DNA of 64,000 nt, taken from positions 220 to 64,219 of the forward strand of contig CAYLPS010000005.1 in assembly GCA_964385625.1 (NCBI GenBank), written 5' to 3'. Source of the stretch: an uncultured Anaerolineaceae bacterium (GTDB lineage: Bacteria > Chloroflexota > Anaerolineae > Anaerolineales > UBA4823). Below the pieces are notes generated by a model, which worked only from the letters and a program-made list of their open reading frames with translations, was not told the origin of the DNA and ran no database searches. The position numbers and the translations under genes were made by a program. Below are positions 53,900 to 64,000 of the stretch, one piece after another; position 1 is the first letter of the stretch; the number at the start of each line of letters is the position of its first letter.

Positions 53900-55357
53900 T
53901 CAAAAGATTTGCATCAATGCCTTGTTAGCAACGTCCATCAAAGGTTGTGCGGTCAGAGTCAGCACGATGGTCAGCACAGCCGTGATTGCCGCGGTAAGCT
54001 GTAACCAGACATCGGTGCGGGCTACAGGCTCACCTTCGCGCATGTACATAATGATGATTACGCGCAGGTAGTAGTATGCGGAAAGCAACGTGGTGAACAC
54101 CCCGATGATCGCCAGGCCAAGATACCCTCCCGTGATGACTGTGCGGAACAGGTAGAATTTACCCATAAAGCCCAGGGTGGGTGGGATGCTGGTAAAAGAC
54201 ATCATGAAGATCGCCATCGTAGCTGCCAGCAAGGGATATTTGCGCCCCAAGCCGGCATAATCATCCAGCAGCAGACCCTGCCCCTCCTCTTTTTCAAGGG
54301 CTATTACCACCGCCCAGGCTCCCATGGTCATGATGGCATAAGAAATCAAGTAGAACAGCCCGGCAGCAATGGTTCCAGTGTTCACGCTGGAATTCCCGTA
54401 AGGTACCAGGGCCATCAAAATATAGCCGGTTTGGGCAATTGCAGAGTAGGCCAGCAAGCGCTTGATATTGGTTTGTGCGATGGCCACCACGTTCCCGAAG
54501 AACATGGTCAGGGCAGAGACCACCCAGATGATCATGGTGATATCGCCGGAAATGCTGGGAAATGCAGAGACGAAGATGCGCAGCAAGGCTGCAAAACCGC
54601 CAATTTTCGCCCCCACCGACATGAACCCCGTCACCGGCGATGGTGCGCCCACATACACGTCTGGCGTCCACATGTGGAACGGAAAAGCAGCTACTTTGAA
54701 TGCCAGCCCCACCAGGATCAATCCGGCTCCCACTGCAAGCAGGGGCATATTGGCGATATTTGAGTTGATGGCGGTCAGAATTTGCGAGAGGTTAGTTGTC
54801 CCTGTCCCTCCAAAAGCCAGGGCTATGCCAAAGACCTCAAAGCCCGTCGAGAAGGCTCCTATCAGGAAGTACTTGAGGGCAGCTTCCTCTGACTCAACCC
54901 TAGGGCGGGCAAAGCCTGCCAGGACGTACAGTGGGATAGAGAGCAGCTCCAGCGATAGGAAGATGACGATCAGGTCATTGGCTTGCGCCATCAGCATTAT
55001 GCCAATGATCGAAAACAACAGGAGAGTGTAATACTCGCCCTGCTGTAGGTTCATGCGCTTGTTGTAATCGTATGCCAGGGCGATCCCGGCCACACCACTA
55101 CCCAGCACCACGAGATTCAGGAAACTGGAAAAGCCATCATAGATGACCATGCCGTTAAAGCCTGCTTTCGCCTGCCCACCCTGGAGCAGGAACAATCCCA
55201 TGGTCATTATCAAACCCACAACTGCCAGAAATGCCGTCCATCCCTTGCGTTCTTTCGGGATGAACAGGTCAACAATGAGCAGGATACAGCTCCATGCAAC
55301 TAATGCCATTAATGGAAGGACAACTTTCAGGTTTACCAACAGGTCAGATAATGACAT
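53900..55357 (-). CDS. nuoN: NADH-quinone oxidoreductase subunit N
   Basis: 485 aa, an antiporter-like polytopic protein. Operon position after nuoM. Confidence 0.9.
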   Translation of the reverse strand: MSLSDLLVNLKVVLPLMALVAWSCILLIVDLFIPKERKGWTAFLAVVGLIMTMGLFLLQGGQAKAGFNGMVIYDGFSSFLNLVVLGSGVAGIALAYDYNKRMNLQQGEYYTLLLFSIIGIMLMAQANDLIVIFLSLELLSIPLYVLAGFARPRVESEEAALKYFLIGAFSTGFEVFGIALAFGGTGTTNLSQILTAINSNIANMPLLAVGAGLILVGLAFKVAAFPFHMWTPDVYVGAPSPVTGFMSVGAKIGGFAALLRIFVSAFPSISGDITMIIWVVSALTMFFGNVVAIAQTNIKRLLAYSAIAQTGYILMALVPYGNSSVNTGTIAAGLFYLISYAIMTMGAWAVVIALEKEEGQGLLLDDYAGLGRKYPLLAATMAIFMMSFTSIPPTLGFMGKFYLFRTVITGGYLGLAIIGVFTTLLSAYYYLRVIIIMYMREGEPVARTDVWLQLTAAITAVLTIVLTLTAQPLMDVANKALMQIF

Positions 55358-55458
55358 ACCTCAGTCTCCTGCCAATAAAATCCACTGGATGATACTGGCC
55401 AAAAGGTGCGGGGAAGCGTGATAGTCCCAAACATTCATGCGGGTGATTTTCATTCTGA

Positions 55459-56964
55459 TTATGGCGCGGCAGTGATGGCTGTTTGAATGATCGCTACCAG
55501 CTTGTCGGCTGATGGGGCGATGATGTTGAAGAATGGTCGTGGATACAGGCCAATCCAAAAGATGAAAAGCAGCAAAGGAACCAGGGTGAGGATCTCGCGC
55601 CAGTCAATATCCTTCAGGTCAAAGTTTTCTTTCTTATCCAGCGGCCCGAGGAAGATCTTCTGGAACAAGAACAACATGTAGATCGCTGCCAGGATGATGC
55701 CCGCCACCGCCACCCCGGCGAACCAGGGTGAGATGTGGTCGGAGCTAAAAGCGCCCAGCAGAATGGTGAACTCGCCTACGAAACCATTCAGGCCGGGTAG
55801 TCCCATAGAAGAAAGGGCAACCACCAGGGCCATGGCTGCATAAATAGTCATCACCTGCCACAGGCCTCCAAAGGCATCCATGTGGTGCGTCTTGCGGCGC
55901 TCGTAAATAATGCCCACAATAAGGAACAACGCACCAGTACTCAGACCGTGGTTGAGCATCTGCATCACGCTCCCCTGGATGCCGTGGGAGTTGAGGGCAA
56001 AAAATCCCAACATGATGAAACCCATGTGGCTCACCGAAGAGTAAGCCACCAGTTTCTTGGCGTCCCTCTGGGCATAAGCCACCGCCGCGCCATAAAGGAT
56101 GCCGATGGTGGCCAGGGCAGCCATCCATGGGGCCAGCTGCACCGCTGCCTTCGGGAACATGGAAAGGTTAAAGCGCACGAAACCGTAAGCGCCCAGCTTT
56201 AACAATACCCCTGCCAGGATCACCGAGCCTGCGGTTGGCGCTTCCACGTGCGCATCTGGCAACCATGAATGGAAGGGGAACATGGGCACTTTGATGGCAA
56301 AGGCGGCGCCGAACGCCAGGAACAGCCAGAATTGGATATTGCCGGGGATGTTTCCCTTGGCAATCAGGTCAGGCACCGAGAATGTGCCCTGATTGATTCC
56401 CAGCCACAGGATAGCCAGCAACATGAAGATCGAGCCAGCCATGGTGTATAGGAAGAACTTGATGGCGGCATACATCCTGCGCTCAGCGCCCCACATACCA
56501 ATGATGAAGTACATAGGCACGAGGCTGAACTCCCAGAAAATATAGAACAGGAACAGGTCCATGGCCAGGAAGACGCCCACCATGCTTACTTCCATCAGCA
56601 GGAAGAAGATCATGAATTCTTTAACCCGGTCATCGATTGCCTTCCAGGTTGAAAGGATGGCAATGGCAATCAGTAATGTGGTGAGTAGAACCAGGAACAG
56701 GCTTATGCCATCCACAGCCAGGTGAAAATGGATGTTCCAGCTGGCGAACTCAAACCAGGGCACATTGATTTCCATTTGAAAATCAGGGTTGCCAACCTGG
56801 AAGTAGCTGAACATGACCATTGAAATGGCAAAAGTGCCAATGGCAGTAATTAACGCCACCCATCGTATGGCATTCTTCCACGAAGATTTCAGGAACAGAA
56901 TTACCAGTATTCCCAGGATGGGAAAGAACGTGGTTAGGGTCAGTGGGTGAAGTAATAAAGACAT
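55459..56964 (-). CDS. nuoM: NADH-quinone oxidoreductase subunit M
   Basis: 501 aa. WLPDAHVEAPTAGSVILAGVLLKLG. Confidence 0.9.
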   Translation of the reverse strand: MSLLLHPLTLTTFFPILGILVILFLKSSWKNAIRWVALITAIGTFAISMVMFSYFQVGNPDFQMEINVPWFEFASWNIHFHLAVDGISLFLVLLTTLLIAIAILSTWKAIDDRVKEFMIFFLLMEVSMVGVFLAMDLFLFYIFWEFSLVPMYFIIGMWGAERRMYAAIKFFLYTMAGSIFMLLAILWLGINQGTFSVPDLIAKGNIPGNIQFWLFLAFGAAFAIKVPMFPFHSWLPDAHVEAPTAGSVILAGVLLKLGAYGFVRFNLSMFPKAAVQLAPWMAALATIGILYGAAVAYAQRDAKKLVAYSSVSHMGFIMLGFFALNSHGIQGSVMQMLNHGLSTGALFLIVGIIYERRKTHHMDAFGGLWQVMTIYAAMALVVALSSMGLPGLNGFVGEFTILLGAFSSDHISPWFAGVAVAGIILAAIYMLFLFQKIFLGPLDKKENFDLKDIDWREILTLVPLLLFIFWIGLYPRPFFNIIAPSADKLVAIIQTAITAAP

Positions 56965-57033
56965 TTTGTTTCCTCTTAATAAATCTGCTTATTACGGCTG
57001 TAAACCAGACCGTATTGTTTCATCATCGATATC

Positions 57034-59199
57034 CTATATTGCTCGCAATAAAATGTAACCGATGACAATAATGACACCAATAAAGATGGCCAGGGCATAA
57101 TTGCGCACAAAACCAGTCTCGATCTTGCGCAGCTGTGCACCCAGCTCTTTGAAACCATCACCTAGAAAGTTCGTGATCCCATCAATAAATCCTAAATCAA
57201 AGGCACCCGAAAGGAATCGAGTCTGTAAGTGAAATCCGCCCACCAGGACTATATCGTGTATGAAATCGTGCCAGATTTTGGTTTCAAAGGTTTCCCCTAA
57301 GAAATTAGCCAACCACTGATAAGGTTTAATTATTATGTATCCATAGAGTTCATCTATCCAATATTTATTTTCCAATAAAGTAAAAGCTGGACCCAATGCA
57401 GGGCGCAATGGGTCATCTGCACGTTGGCCGAGAGGTAAGCGTTGCATCTCTCGCGTCCGACGGTCGTACAAATACCAGGCCAGTACCAGGGCGCCCACAG
57501 CAATCACCGTGGATGCTGCGGCAACGATAAAATTAAACGGCACTGGTGCAGCCTCTCCACTTGCAGCACCTCCAGCTACAGCCTGGAAGGTATGCCCCAG
57601 CCAGTTCGTCAGGCTATTGATAGGCGGGAAATTCAGGGCGCCTCCGATGATGGACAGTACAGCCAGGATGATTAATGGGGCTGTGACAATCGCCTTACTT
57701 TCGGTAGCATGCGCTGCGGCCTCGGTGCGTGACGTTCCAAAGAACACCATGATGATCTGGCGCCCCATGTAAAATGCCGTCAGGAAGGCAGCGATCAGCA
57801 GCAGCCAGAAAATTGCGGGGTTCAAGTGGTTGGCCTCTGCCAGGATTTCATCCTTGGACCAAAATCCTGCAAATGGGATAATCCCCGAGATTGCCAACGC
57901 GGCGATTAAATAAACCCAAAAGGTGGTCTTCATCTTATGGCGCAAGCCACCCATATTGCGCATGTCCTGTGGATCAAGTGGGGCTTCGTGTTTCCCGCGT
58001 TTATGCGGATTGCCCACGTGCTCCAGCTGCTCCTCACCACGTTCTATTCCCTGGATAACGGAGCCTGCGGAGAGAAACAGCAAGGCTTTAAAAAAGGCGT
58101 GCATCACCAGGTGGAAAATGCCAGCCACAAAGGCTCCCATCCCCACCGCGGCTACCATATAACCCAGCTGGCTGATGGTGGAATATGCCAGGACCTTTTT
58201 GATATCGAATTGGGCTACCGCAATTGTGGCCGCGAACAATGCGGATACTCCGCCAGCAATGGCCACCCAGTTCTGCGCGATAGGGGCGATGGCATAGATG
58301 GCGTGCGAGCGGGCAACCAGATATACGCCTGCGGTGACCATCGTGGCTGCATGGATGAGGGCTGACACAGGGGTTGGACCAGCCATGGCATCAGGCAGCC
58401 ATACATAGAGAGGTATCTGTGCCGATTTACCCGTCACCCCCAACAGCAGGAACAAGGTGATTGCCAGGATGATCGACTGGGGCACTTGTGAAGCCAGGCT
58501 GGCTACCTGGGAAAAATCATAGGTGAATACGCCATTGGTAGCGAGTGGCTGCAGATACCTGTACATCAGGAAGGCAGCAATCAAGAAGCCAAAATCGCCG
58601 ATACGGTTCGTAATAAAAGCCTTGTTGCCTGCCAGCGCGTTCCCAATACCATTTTTACCTTTCTCATACCAAAAGCTAATTAAAAGGTATGAGCACAGGC
58701 CCACGCCTTCCCAGCCGATGAACAGCATCATGTAGTTGTTGGCGCTCACCAGCACCATCATTTCAGCAATGAATAGATTGAAATAGACGAAAAAACGGCG
58801 GTAACGCCCGGGGTCATTATTGAGACGGACATCATTGTGCATGTACCCTACAGCATAGATGTGGATCAGCGTACCCACCCCGCTCACCACCAGCATCATG
58901 GTCACCGAGAGGGTGTCTACCAGGAAAGCCCAGCGCAGATGCAGGGTATCGCTGTTGATCCAATTCCAGTTGGCGTACGAGATGGTAATTCCATCCGGAT
59001 GGCCCAACAAACTGATGCCAAGCAGCACCGACACCACAAACGACAGGCCTGACCCCAAGCAGCCAACCAAGGCAACACCTTTCTCACCCATCCGGCCGCC
59101 AAAGAAGATATTAATCAGCATGCCCACCAAAGGAAAAATTACCACCAAAGGCACCAGGTAGAAAAAACCTCCCAGATTCATTGCATCACTTAATGACAT
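57034..59199 (-). CDS. nuoL: NADH-quinone oxidoreductase subunit L
   Basis: 721 aa. WLPDAMAGPTPVSALIHAATMVTAGVYL plus a long C-terminal amphipathic-helix region. Confidence 0.9.
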   Translation of the reverse strand: MSLSDAMNLGGFFYLVPLVVIFPLVGMLINIFFGGRMGEKGVALVGCLGSGLSFVVSVLLGISLLGHPDGITISYANWNWINSDTLHLRWAFLVDTLSVTMMLVVSGVGTLIHIYAVGYMHNDVRLNNDPGRYRRFFVYFNLFIAEMMVLVSANNYMMLFIGWEGVGLCSYLLISFWYEKGKNGIGNALAGNKAFITNRIGDFGFLIAAFLMYRYLQPLATNGVFTYDFSQVASLASQVPQSIILAITLFLLLGVTGKSAQIPLYVWLPDAMAGPTPVSALIHAATMVTAGVYLVARSHAIYAIAPIAQNWVAIAGGVSALFAATIAVAQFDIKKVLAYSTISQLGYMVAAVGMGAFVAGIFHLVMHAFFKALLFLSAGSVIQGIERGEEQLEHVGNPHKRGKHEAPLDPQDMRNMGGLRHKMKTTFWVYLIAALAISGIIPFAGFWSKDEILAEANHLNPAIFWLLLIAAFLTAFYMGRQIIMVFFGTSRTEAAAHATESKAIVTAPLIILAVLSIIGGALNFPPINSLTNWLGHTFQAVAGGAASGEAAPVPFNFIVAAASTVIAVGALVLAWYLYDRRTREMQRLPLGQRADDPLRPALGPAFTLLENKYWIDELYGYIIIKPYQWLANFLGETFETKIWHDFIHDIVLVGGFHLQTRFLSGAFDLGFIDGITNFLGDGFKELGAQLRKIETGFVRNYALAIFIGVIIVIGYILLRAI

Positions 59200-59235
59200 G
59201 GTGCATCTCCATTAATCATGCTTCGCTTAACAATG

Positions 59236-59538
59236 TTAACCTTTCAAAGTGTTGATTTGATCCACATCAATGCTATCTTTGGTACGGAAGATGGTGACAA
59301 TCAGCGCCAAACCAATAGCTACCTCCGCTGCCGATACGGTCATGATAAAGAAAACAAAGATTTGCCCATTGAGTGATTGCCAAAAACGGGCAAAGGCCAC
59401 GAATGCAAGGTTGGCCGCATTGAGCATCAGCTCAACAGACATAAAGACAATGATGGCATTTCGCCTCACCAATACCCCTAATGCGCCAATCACAAACAGA
59501 ACGATCGCCAGGGCCAGGTAATAATTAACAGGTAGCAT
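59236..59538 (-). CDS. nuoK: NADH-quinone oxidoreductase subunit K
   Basis: 100 aa with 3 TM helices. Conserved Glu-containing helices ([20 protein letters not shown]). Confidence 0.9.
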   Translation of the reverse strand: MLPVNYYLALAIVLFVIGALGVLVRRNAIIVFMSVELMLNAANLAFVAFARFWQSLNGQIFVFFIMTVSAAEVAIGLALIVTIFRTKDSIDVDQINTLKG

Positions 59539-59550
59539 AGATATTCTCCA

Positions 59551-60060
59551 TTATCTCTTCGCCTTGATGGTCAGTACGATCGATCCGACCATTGCAACCA
59601 GCAACAATACAGAGGTGATCTCGAAAGGCAGCAAATAGTCTTTGAACAGGATGGCGCCCACCTGTCCGGGGCTGCCAAAATTTACAGGCGGCTGGGTGGT
59701 GACCGCCGAGAGCAAGCCTTTTTGGTTCATCAATAAATAGCCGGCTTCGAGGAGCAAGACGATCGCCAGGATGATGGCCAACGGCAACTGCCAGCGGATG
59801 GTCTCGCCTGCTCCTGATCGTTCGGCACCGAGCAGCATGATCACGAATAGGAATAGCACCATGATCGCCCCGGTATATACGCTGATTTGGGCAATGGCAA
59901 TGAAGGGCGCGTTCAATACCAGGAAGAAAATTGCCACTGTGGCAAAATTCAACACCAGGAATAACGCTGAATAAACGGCATTGCGGCTGATCAACATCCC
60001 CAGCGCTGAAACGATGGCTACAAAGGCAAGCACGCTGAATAAAAATAATTGAAAGGTCAT
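59551..60060 (-). CDS. nuoJ: NADH-quinone oxidoreductase subunit J
   Basis: 169 aa. Called from size, hydrophobicity and operon position. Confidence 0.85.
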   Translation of the reverse strand: MTFQLFLFSVLAFVAIVSALGMLISRNAVYSALFLVLNFATVAIFFLVLNAPFIAIAQISVYTGAIMVLFLFVIMLLGAERSGAGETIRWQLPLAIILAIVLLLEAGYLLMNQKGLLSAVTTQPPVNFGSPGQVGAILFKDYLLPFEITSVLLLVAMVGSIVLTIKAKR

Positions 60061-60080
60061 GTCAATAAGCTCTCCGCGGG

Positions 60081-60587
60081 TTAATCCTTCGGATTTTCCA
60101 TCACCGGGATGGAACGGTTGAATTTTCCCGGCTCCACTTTTTGCGGAGTAGGCTTGCCTCCGGGTGGGACAGGCACGATTAACATTTCCTTGGTGTAAAT
60201 GGCCTGACGGCGGTCATAAAAGGAAAGTTCATAATTATCGCCAAGGACGATCGCCTCGGTGGGGCAGGCATCTTCGCAATAACCACAGAAGATGCAGCGC
60301 AGCATGTTGATTTCATATGTGCTGGCGTAACGCTCACCGGGTGAATAACGCACTTCGTCAGTATTTTCCGCGGATTCCACAAAAATGGCATCGGAAGGGC
60401 AGGCTGCAGCGCACAATGAGCAGCCGATGCATTTTTCCAGGCCATTGTCATAACGGTGCAAATTATGGCGCCCTTTAAAGCGCGGGCGAACTGGGCGTTT
60501 CTTTTCCGGGTACTGGTAGGTAACCGGCTTCTCGAACATGTTACTCAAAACAACCCACAGGCCACGCGCCAATTGCACAATAAACAT
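60081..60587 (-). CDS. nuoI: NADH-quinone oxidoreductase subunit I
   Basis: 168 aa. Two 4Fe-4S motifs: CIGCSLCAAACP and CIFCGYCEDACP. Confidence 0.9.
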   Translation of the reverse strand: MFIVQLARGLWVVLSNMFEKPVTYQYPEKKRPVRPRFKGRHNLHRYDNGLEKCIGCSLCAAACPSDAIFVESAENTDEVRYSPGERYASTYEINMLRCIFCGYCEDACPTEAIVLGDNYELSFYDRRQAIYTKEMLIVPVPPGGKPTPQKVEPGKFNRSIPVMENPKD

Positions 60588-60591
60588 CGTA

Positions 60592-61614
60592 CTAACCTCC
60601 TCTCAGCACAGTAATTACCCCAGCTATGAGCATGTTGAGGAAACCCAACGGGAGCAAAATCTTCCAGCCAAATGACATTAGCTGGTCGTAGCGGAAGCGG
60701 GGGAAGGTTGCCCGCACCCAAATAAAGATGAAGATAACAATCACGGTCTTGATAAACAGGTAAATGGGGCCAAGCCATGGAACCTGGTTGATAAATGGCC
60801 CTAGATATCCGCCCAGGAACAACGTGGAGGCGATCATGCTCATGGCAATGATCTTGATATATTCAGCCATGTAAAACATGGCAAATTTCATCCCCGAATA
60901 TTCGGTATGGTATCCGGCGGTCAGCTCGTGTTCTGCCTCTGGCAGATCGAAGGGGGCGCGGTTAGTTTCAGCTAGCGCGGCGACCATAAAGAGGATGAAC
61001 CCCAGGGGTTGTGAGAGATTCCATATCAGCCACCCCACAAAACCATCCGCTCCCTGGACCTTCACAATATCCACCAGGCTCATAGAGCCTGCCAGCAATG
61101 TCACCGACACAAACGACAGGCCCAGCGCCAGCTCATAAGAGATCATCTGGGCAGTGGAGCGTATGCCACCCATCATGGCATACTTATTGTTCGATGACCA
61201 CCCCGCCAGCACGATTCCATACACCGATATCGAGGCCACCGCGCCGAGGTAGAGAATGGCAATGTTCACGTTTGCCAGGTAGAGCGGCACCTGGTAGCCA
61301 AACACGTTTACCGTGGGACCCCACGGCACCACGGCGGTGATGATCAAGGCCGGGAGCACCGTGATGATCGGTGCCAGAACAAATAACACCTTGTCTGCGT
61401 TTTTGGGAGTGAACTCTTCCTTGAAAATTAGCTTGACTCCATCGGCCACCGGCTGCAAGATTCCCCATGGCCCGGCACGGTTAGGCCCGATGCGTGTCTG
61501 CATGCGGGCCAGTACTTTGCGCTCGTAATAGGTCACGTAAGCGAAGCCCGCCGTCATGACGGCCAGGATCAGTACCGATTTAATGAGGTATTCAACGATT
61601 TGCTCAACGCTCAT
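60592..61614 (-). CDS. nuoH: NADH-quinone oxidoreductase subunit H
   Basis: 340 aa. YERKVLARMQTRIGPNR and the PFDLPEAEHELTAGYHTEYSG signature. Confidence 0.9.
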   Translation of the reverse strand: MSVEQIVEYLIKSVLILAVMTAGFAYVTYYERKVLARMQTRIGPNRAGPWGILQPVADGVKLIFKEEFTPKNADKVLFVLAPIITVLPALIITAVVPWGPTVNVFGYQVPLYLANVNIAILYLGAVASISVYGIVLAGWSSNNKYAMMGGIRSTAQMISYELALGLSFVSVTLLAGSMSLVDIVKVQGADGFVGWLIWNLSQPLGFILFMVAALAETNRAPFDLPEAEHELTAGYHTEYSGMKFAMFYMAEYIKIIAMSMIASTLFLGGYLGPFINQVPWLGPIYLFIKTVIVIFIFIWVRATFPRFRYDQLMSFGWKILLPLGFLNMLIAGVITVLRGG

Positions 61615-61668
61615 GCAGGTAAAATTCTCCTAGTCATCGTCTTTTTCTATCTCTCACAACTTTCACCA

Positions 61669-64000
61669 TCATGCACCCTGCAGCTCAACAACGGATGGAG
61701 AATAAAGTGGTATGCCAAGGCTGCGGGGAACCACGACAATACCCTCGGGGACTCCATCATCCAGGTTCAATAAGGCCTCGAGCGGGCTGCCATTCAACTG
61801 CAGCTTCACCCGTGAGCCATCGGAGAAGCCCAGGCGGTTTGCATCAGCCGGGTTCAGGCGAACCAGGGTTTGCGGAATGCGCTGGTGAAGCAGCGTGCTG
61901 CGGAACACTAGCTGACCGTGGTCATACAGAATGGTCACAGGCACTGCCAGCAGGGTATCTTCCGGGTGATTTACTTCGGGCAGCGCTGGCCAGGCCAGAG
62001 ATGGCACCTGCGATGGCAGGGCCAGCTGGGCACCCAATCCCTGGTGGTTGGCATATAATGTGCCGCCATAATACACTTCTTCCCGGCCAACGATCGGCCA
62101 TTGCTCTGTCACCTGAGCCAGCAGCGGGTAAGTGAGCTCTTTAAAAGCTGGAACCCTGGCAGCCAGTTTGCTGAAGATGCGCAAGGGTGCCGACTCAACA
62201 TTCAATCCCACTAGCTTACAAATTGCGGCAGTAACCGCGTAATCCGGCCAAAACTCATTGCGCACCACGCCCGGGTAAAATCGCTGCACGCGCCTTTCGC
62301 CGTTTGTATAGGTGCCTTCCCGTTCGGTGAATGGCTGCACCGGCAAGACGACATCTGCCAGCCTGGCAGTCTCGGTGAGGAACAGGTCTTGCACCACCAC
62401 GAACCCGGCGTTGCGCAGCGTCTCAGCCAGCGATGGGTCATCGGCGACCGGGTCGGCACCGGCAATATAGATCGCTTCATATTGCTTGAAGGCCTCACTC
62501 AGGTTTGGCAAGGGACGGAAACCGATCTCCCAGGCTCCCTGGTCATTTGCCCGCGACCATACCCCAACCAGGCCGTTATTCACTTTACGCACATGGTTGG
62601 TGACCACCAGCAGGTTGGCGCACGCCTGGGCCAAAGCCTGCGAGCCTTCCAGCCCAAGCCCCTCACTGCCATAGAAAATGATCAAGTTCTCTGCTGAATA
62701 GATGGCCTCGGCCGCACTTTTCAAAACGCCCGCATCTCCCTGGAATTTTGGCGCCTTGGGGAAATTCTGTTTTGCTGAAAGGGCATTAACCATCGCCAGG
62801 ATAGTGGCGGCTTCAGAACCGTAGGGATAGCGGATCACCTGGCTGGCGTAACGGTCTAACCTGGTACGGCGCGGGTTGGCCACGACCAGGTGTGCACCCC
62901 GGTCAGCAGCCTGCTTGACCCTTGACCACCAGATTGGGGCTTCCTGGTGCAGGTCACATGCAACCACCAGGATCGCTGTCTCCTTGCCCAGGTCCGACAG
63001 GTTGGTGCCCTTGCCAACTCCCAGCTGTGCCACCAGGTCGCCGCCTGCCATGTGGGTATACAGGGCCGATTTTCCTCCCAATCCATTGTTAAGCTCGCTG
63101 AGCGTAAACAGGTCTTCATTCGAAAGTCGTCCGCTGGTGAGGGTAAACAAGCTCTTCCCGGCGTGCTTGAAATTCTCAGCCACATAACTGAGCACCTCGT
63201 CCCAGCCAATTTCCACCAGCTCACCTTCACGACGCACCAGGGGTTGTTTCAATCGCTCCTTGCTTTCGGCGTAATGGTAGGCGAAGCGACCTTTATCGCA
63301 GATCCAGATCTCATTCACCGATTCGTTCTGGCGCGGCATGATGCGCTTGATCACGATGTCACCATCTGAGCGGGCTTCCCGGCGTTCATTGATCGCCAGG
63401 TTGCACCCCACCGGGCAGTGCGGGCAGATGGATGCTGTGGCACAGAGCTCCCACGGGCGGGCTCCGAACCGAAAATCCACGGTGGTGAGTGCGCCTACCG
63501 GGCAGATATCTGTGGTATTGCCTGAGAAAATCGAATCAAACCCCGGCTGCGAGTCAGTGAAAATTTGCAAAGAGCGGCCACGCTCTTGGAAGCACAGCAC
63601 GGGCTCATCGACGATATTCGCCAGGTAGCGTACACAGCGCCCGCATTGGATGCAGCGCTCGCGGTCGAGGATGATCAGCTCTCCCAGCGGGTATTTCTTG
63701 GAAAGGTGGCATTTTTCATCGTATAAGAAGCGCGAAGTGCCTGGTCCGTGGCGCATGGTCAGGTTTTGCAAGGGGCATTCACCGCCCTTATCACATACGG
63801 GGCAATCCAGCGGATGAGAGGTAAGCAGGAATTCCAGGATATCCTTGTGGCCGCGGACAGCTTTCTCTGAATTGCTCAGCACCACCATGCCTTCCGACAC
63901 CTGCGTGGCGCAGGAAATTTCCAGCCTGCCGCTAAACTGGATTTTTGGTGAGCCATCGTCTTCGAGCACGGGCTTGCCGGTGGCGCGGTCGATCACCGGG
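61669..64000 (-). CDS. nuoG: NADH-quinone oxidoreductase subunit G (N-terminus beyond the window edge)
   Basis: More than 775 aa in the window. SHPLDCPVCDKGGECPLQ, CIQCGRCVRY and CPVGAL Fe-S motifs, followed by a molybdopterin-oxidoreductase-like domain. Confidence 0.9.
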   Translation of the reverse strand, partial: PVIDRATGKPVLEDDGSPKIQFSGRLEISCATQVSEGMVVLSNSEKAVRGHKDILEFLLTSHPLDCPVCDKGGECPLQNLTMRHGPGTSRFLYDEKCHLSKKYPLGELIILDRERCIQCGRCVRYLANIVDEPVLCFQERGRSLQIFTDSQPGFDSIFSGNTTDICPVGALTTVDFRFGARPWELCATASICPHCPVGCNLAINERREARSDGDIVIKRIMPRQNESVNEIWICDKGRFAYHYAESKERLKQPLVRREGELVEIGWDEVLSYVAENFKHAGKSLFTLTSGRLSNEDLFTLSELNNGLGGKSALYTHMAGGDLVAQLGVGKGTNLSDLGKETAILVVACDLHQEAPIWWSRVKQAADRGAHLVVANPRRTRLDRYASQVIRYPYGSEAATILAMVNALSAKQNFPKAPKFQGDAGVLKSAAEAIYSAENLIIFYGSEGLGLEGSQALAQACANLLVVTNHVRKVNNGLVGVWSRANDQGAWEIGFRPLPNLSEAFKQYEAIYIAGADPVADDPSLAETLRNAGFVVVQDLFLTETARLADVVLPVQPFTEREGTYTNGERRVQRFYPGVVRNEFWPDYAVTAAICKLVGLNVESAPLRIFSKLAARVPAFKELTYPLLAQVTEQWPIVGREEVYYGGTLYANHQGLGAQLALPSQVPSLAWPALPEVNHPEDTLLAVPVTILYDHGQLVFRSTLLHQRIPQTLVRLNPADANRLGFSDGSRVKLQLNGSPLEALLNLDDGVPEGIVVVPRSLGIPLYSPSVVELQGA

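Noticed and set aside
1-64000. Scan for tRNA, rRNA, CRISPR arrays, IS elements, transposases, integrases, prophage genes and toxin-antitoxin pairs
   Set aside because: I saw none of the following: a T-loop (GGTTCGAAT-type) with acceptor pairing in intergenic regions, regularly spaced direct repeats, or DDE, tyrosine or serine recombinase motifs in any ORF. This is limited by manual inspection.

Overview
This is a gene-dense 64-kb window that looks mostly core-chromosomal, with about 55 protein genes on both strands. I saw no rRNA, tRNA, CRISPR array, transposase or integrase. The gene content suggests a monoderm Chloroflexota (Anaerolineae-like) genome: a T-box leader, tandem LCP ligases, Lgt, SEDS/PBP, Ni-SOD, several B12-radical-SAM and DinB genes, and a nuoG-to-nuoN block. 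That taxon call is inference only. All family assignments come from motifs read by eye; no search was run.

Layout:
- **1-7.1 kb:** AlaX-like editing protein (partial), glnA, a zinc-ribbon protein, GNAT, an unknown putative papain-like protein, DinB and an APH-like kinase.
- **7.3-20.5 kb:** a cell-envelope region with two tandem LCP paralogues, a TolB-like beta-propeller lipoprotein and an S10 peptidase. It also holds a translationally coupled operon (processive GT2 synthase, GT-C membrane glycosyltransferase, unknown protein, B12-radical SAM) that converges on a second paralogous B12-radical SAM gene, followed by a CPBP protease.
- **21.1-25.0 kb:** T-box leader plus ileS.
- **25.2-35.3 kb:** secreted and low-complexity proteins, mtnP, a SEDS polymerase fused to a PBP domain that appears to lack all three catalytic motifs, a PadR/HAAS/FG-GAP/toastrack-like cluster, and a 7Fe ferredoxin.
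- **35.4-47.6 kb:** a decayed transglutaminase-like fragment, sodN-sodX, an EamA transporter, ftsK, a PfkB kinase/CDP-alcohol phosphatidyltransferase/lgt operon, an ABC ATPase plus an ABC-2::SpoIIM fusion permease, HNH, DinB and an SPL-like radical SAM.
- **47.7-53.7 kb:** tyrS, a GerW operon and a STAS/RsbW/PP2C partner-switching set.
- **53.9-64 kb:** nuoN-M-L-K-J-I-H-G on the minus strand.

The most interesting candidates are:
1. A Tyr-rich, apparently leaderless leader peptide with mutually exclusive antiterminator and terminator helices upstream of tyrS.
2. The GT2/GT-C/orphan/B12-rSAM envelope locus.
3. The SEDS::pseudo-PBP fusion.
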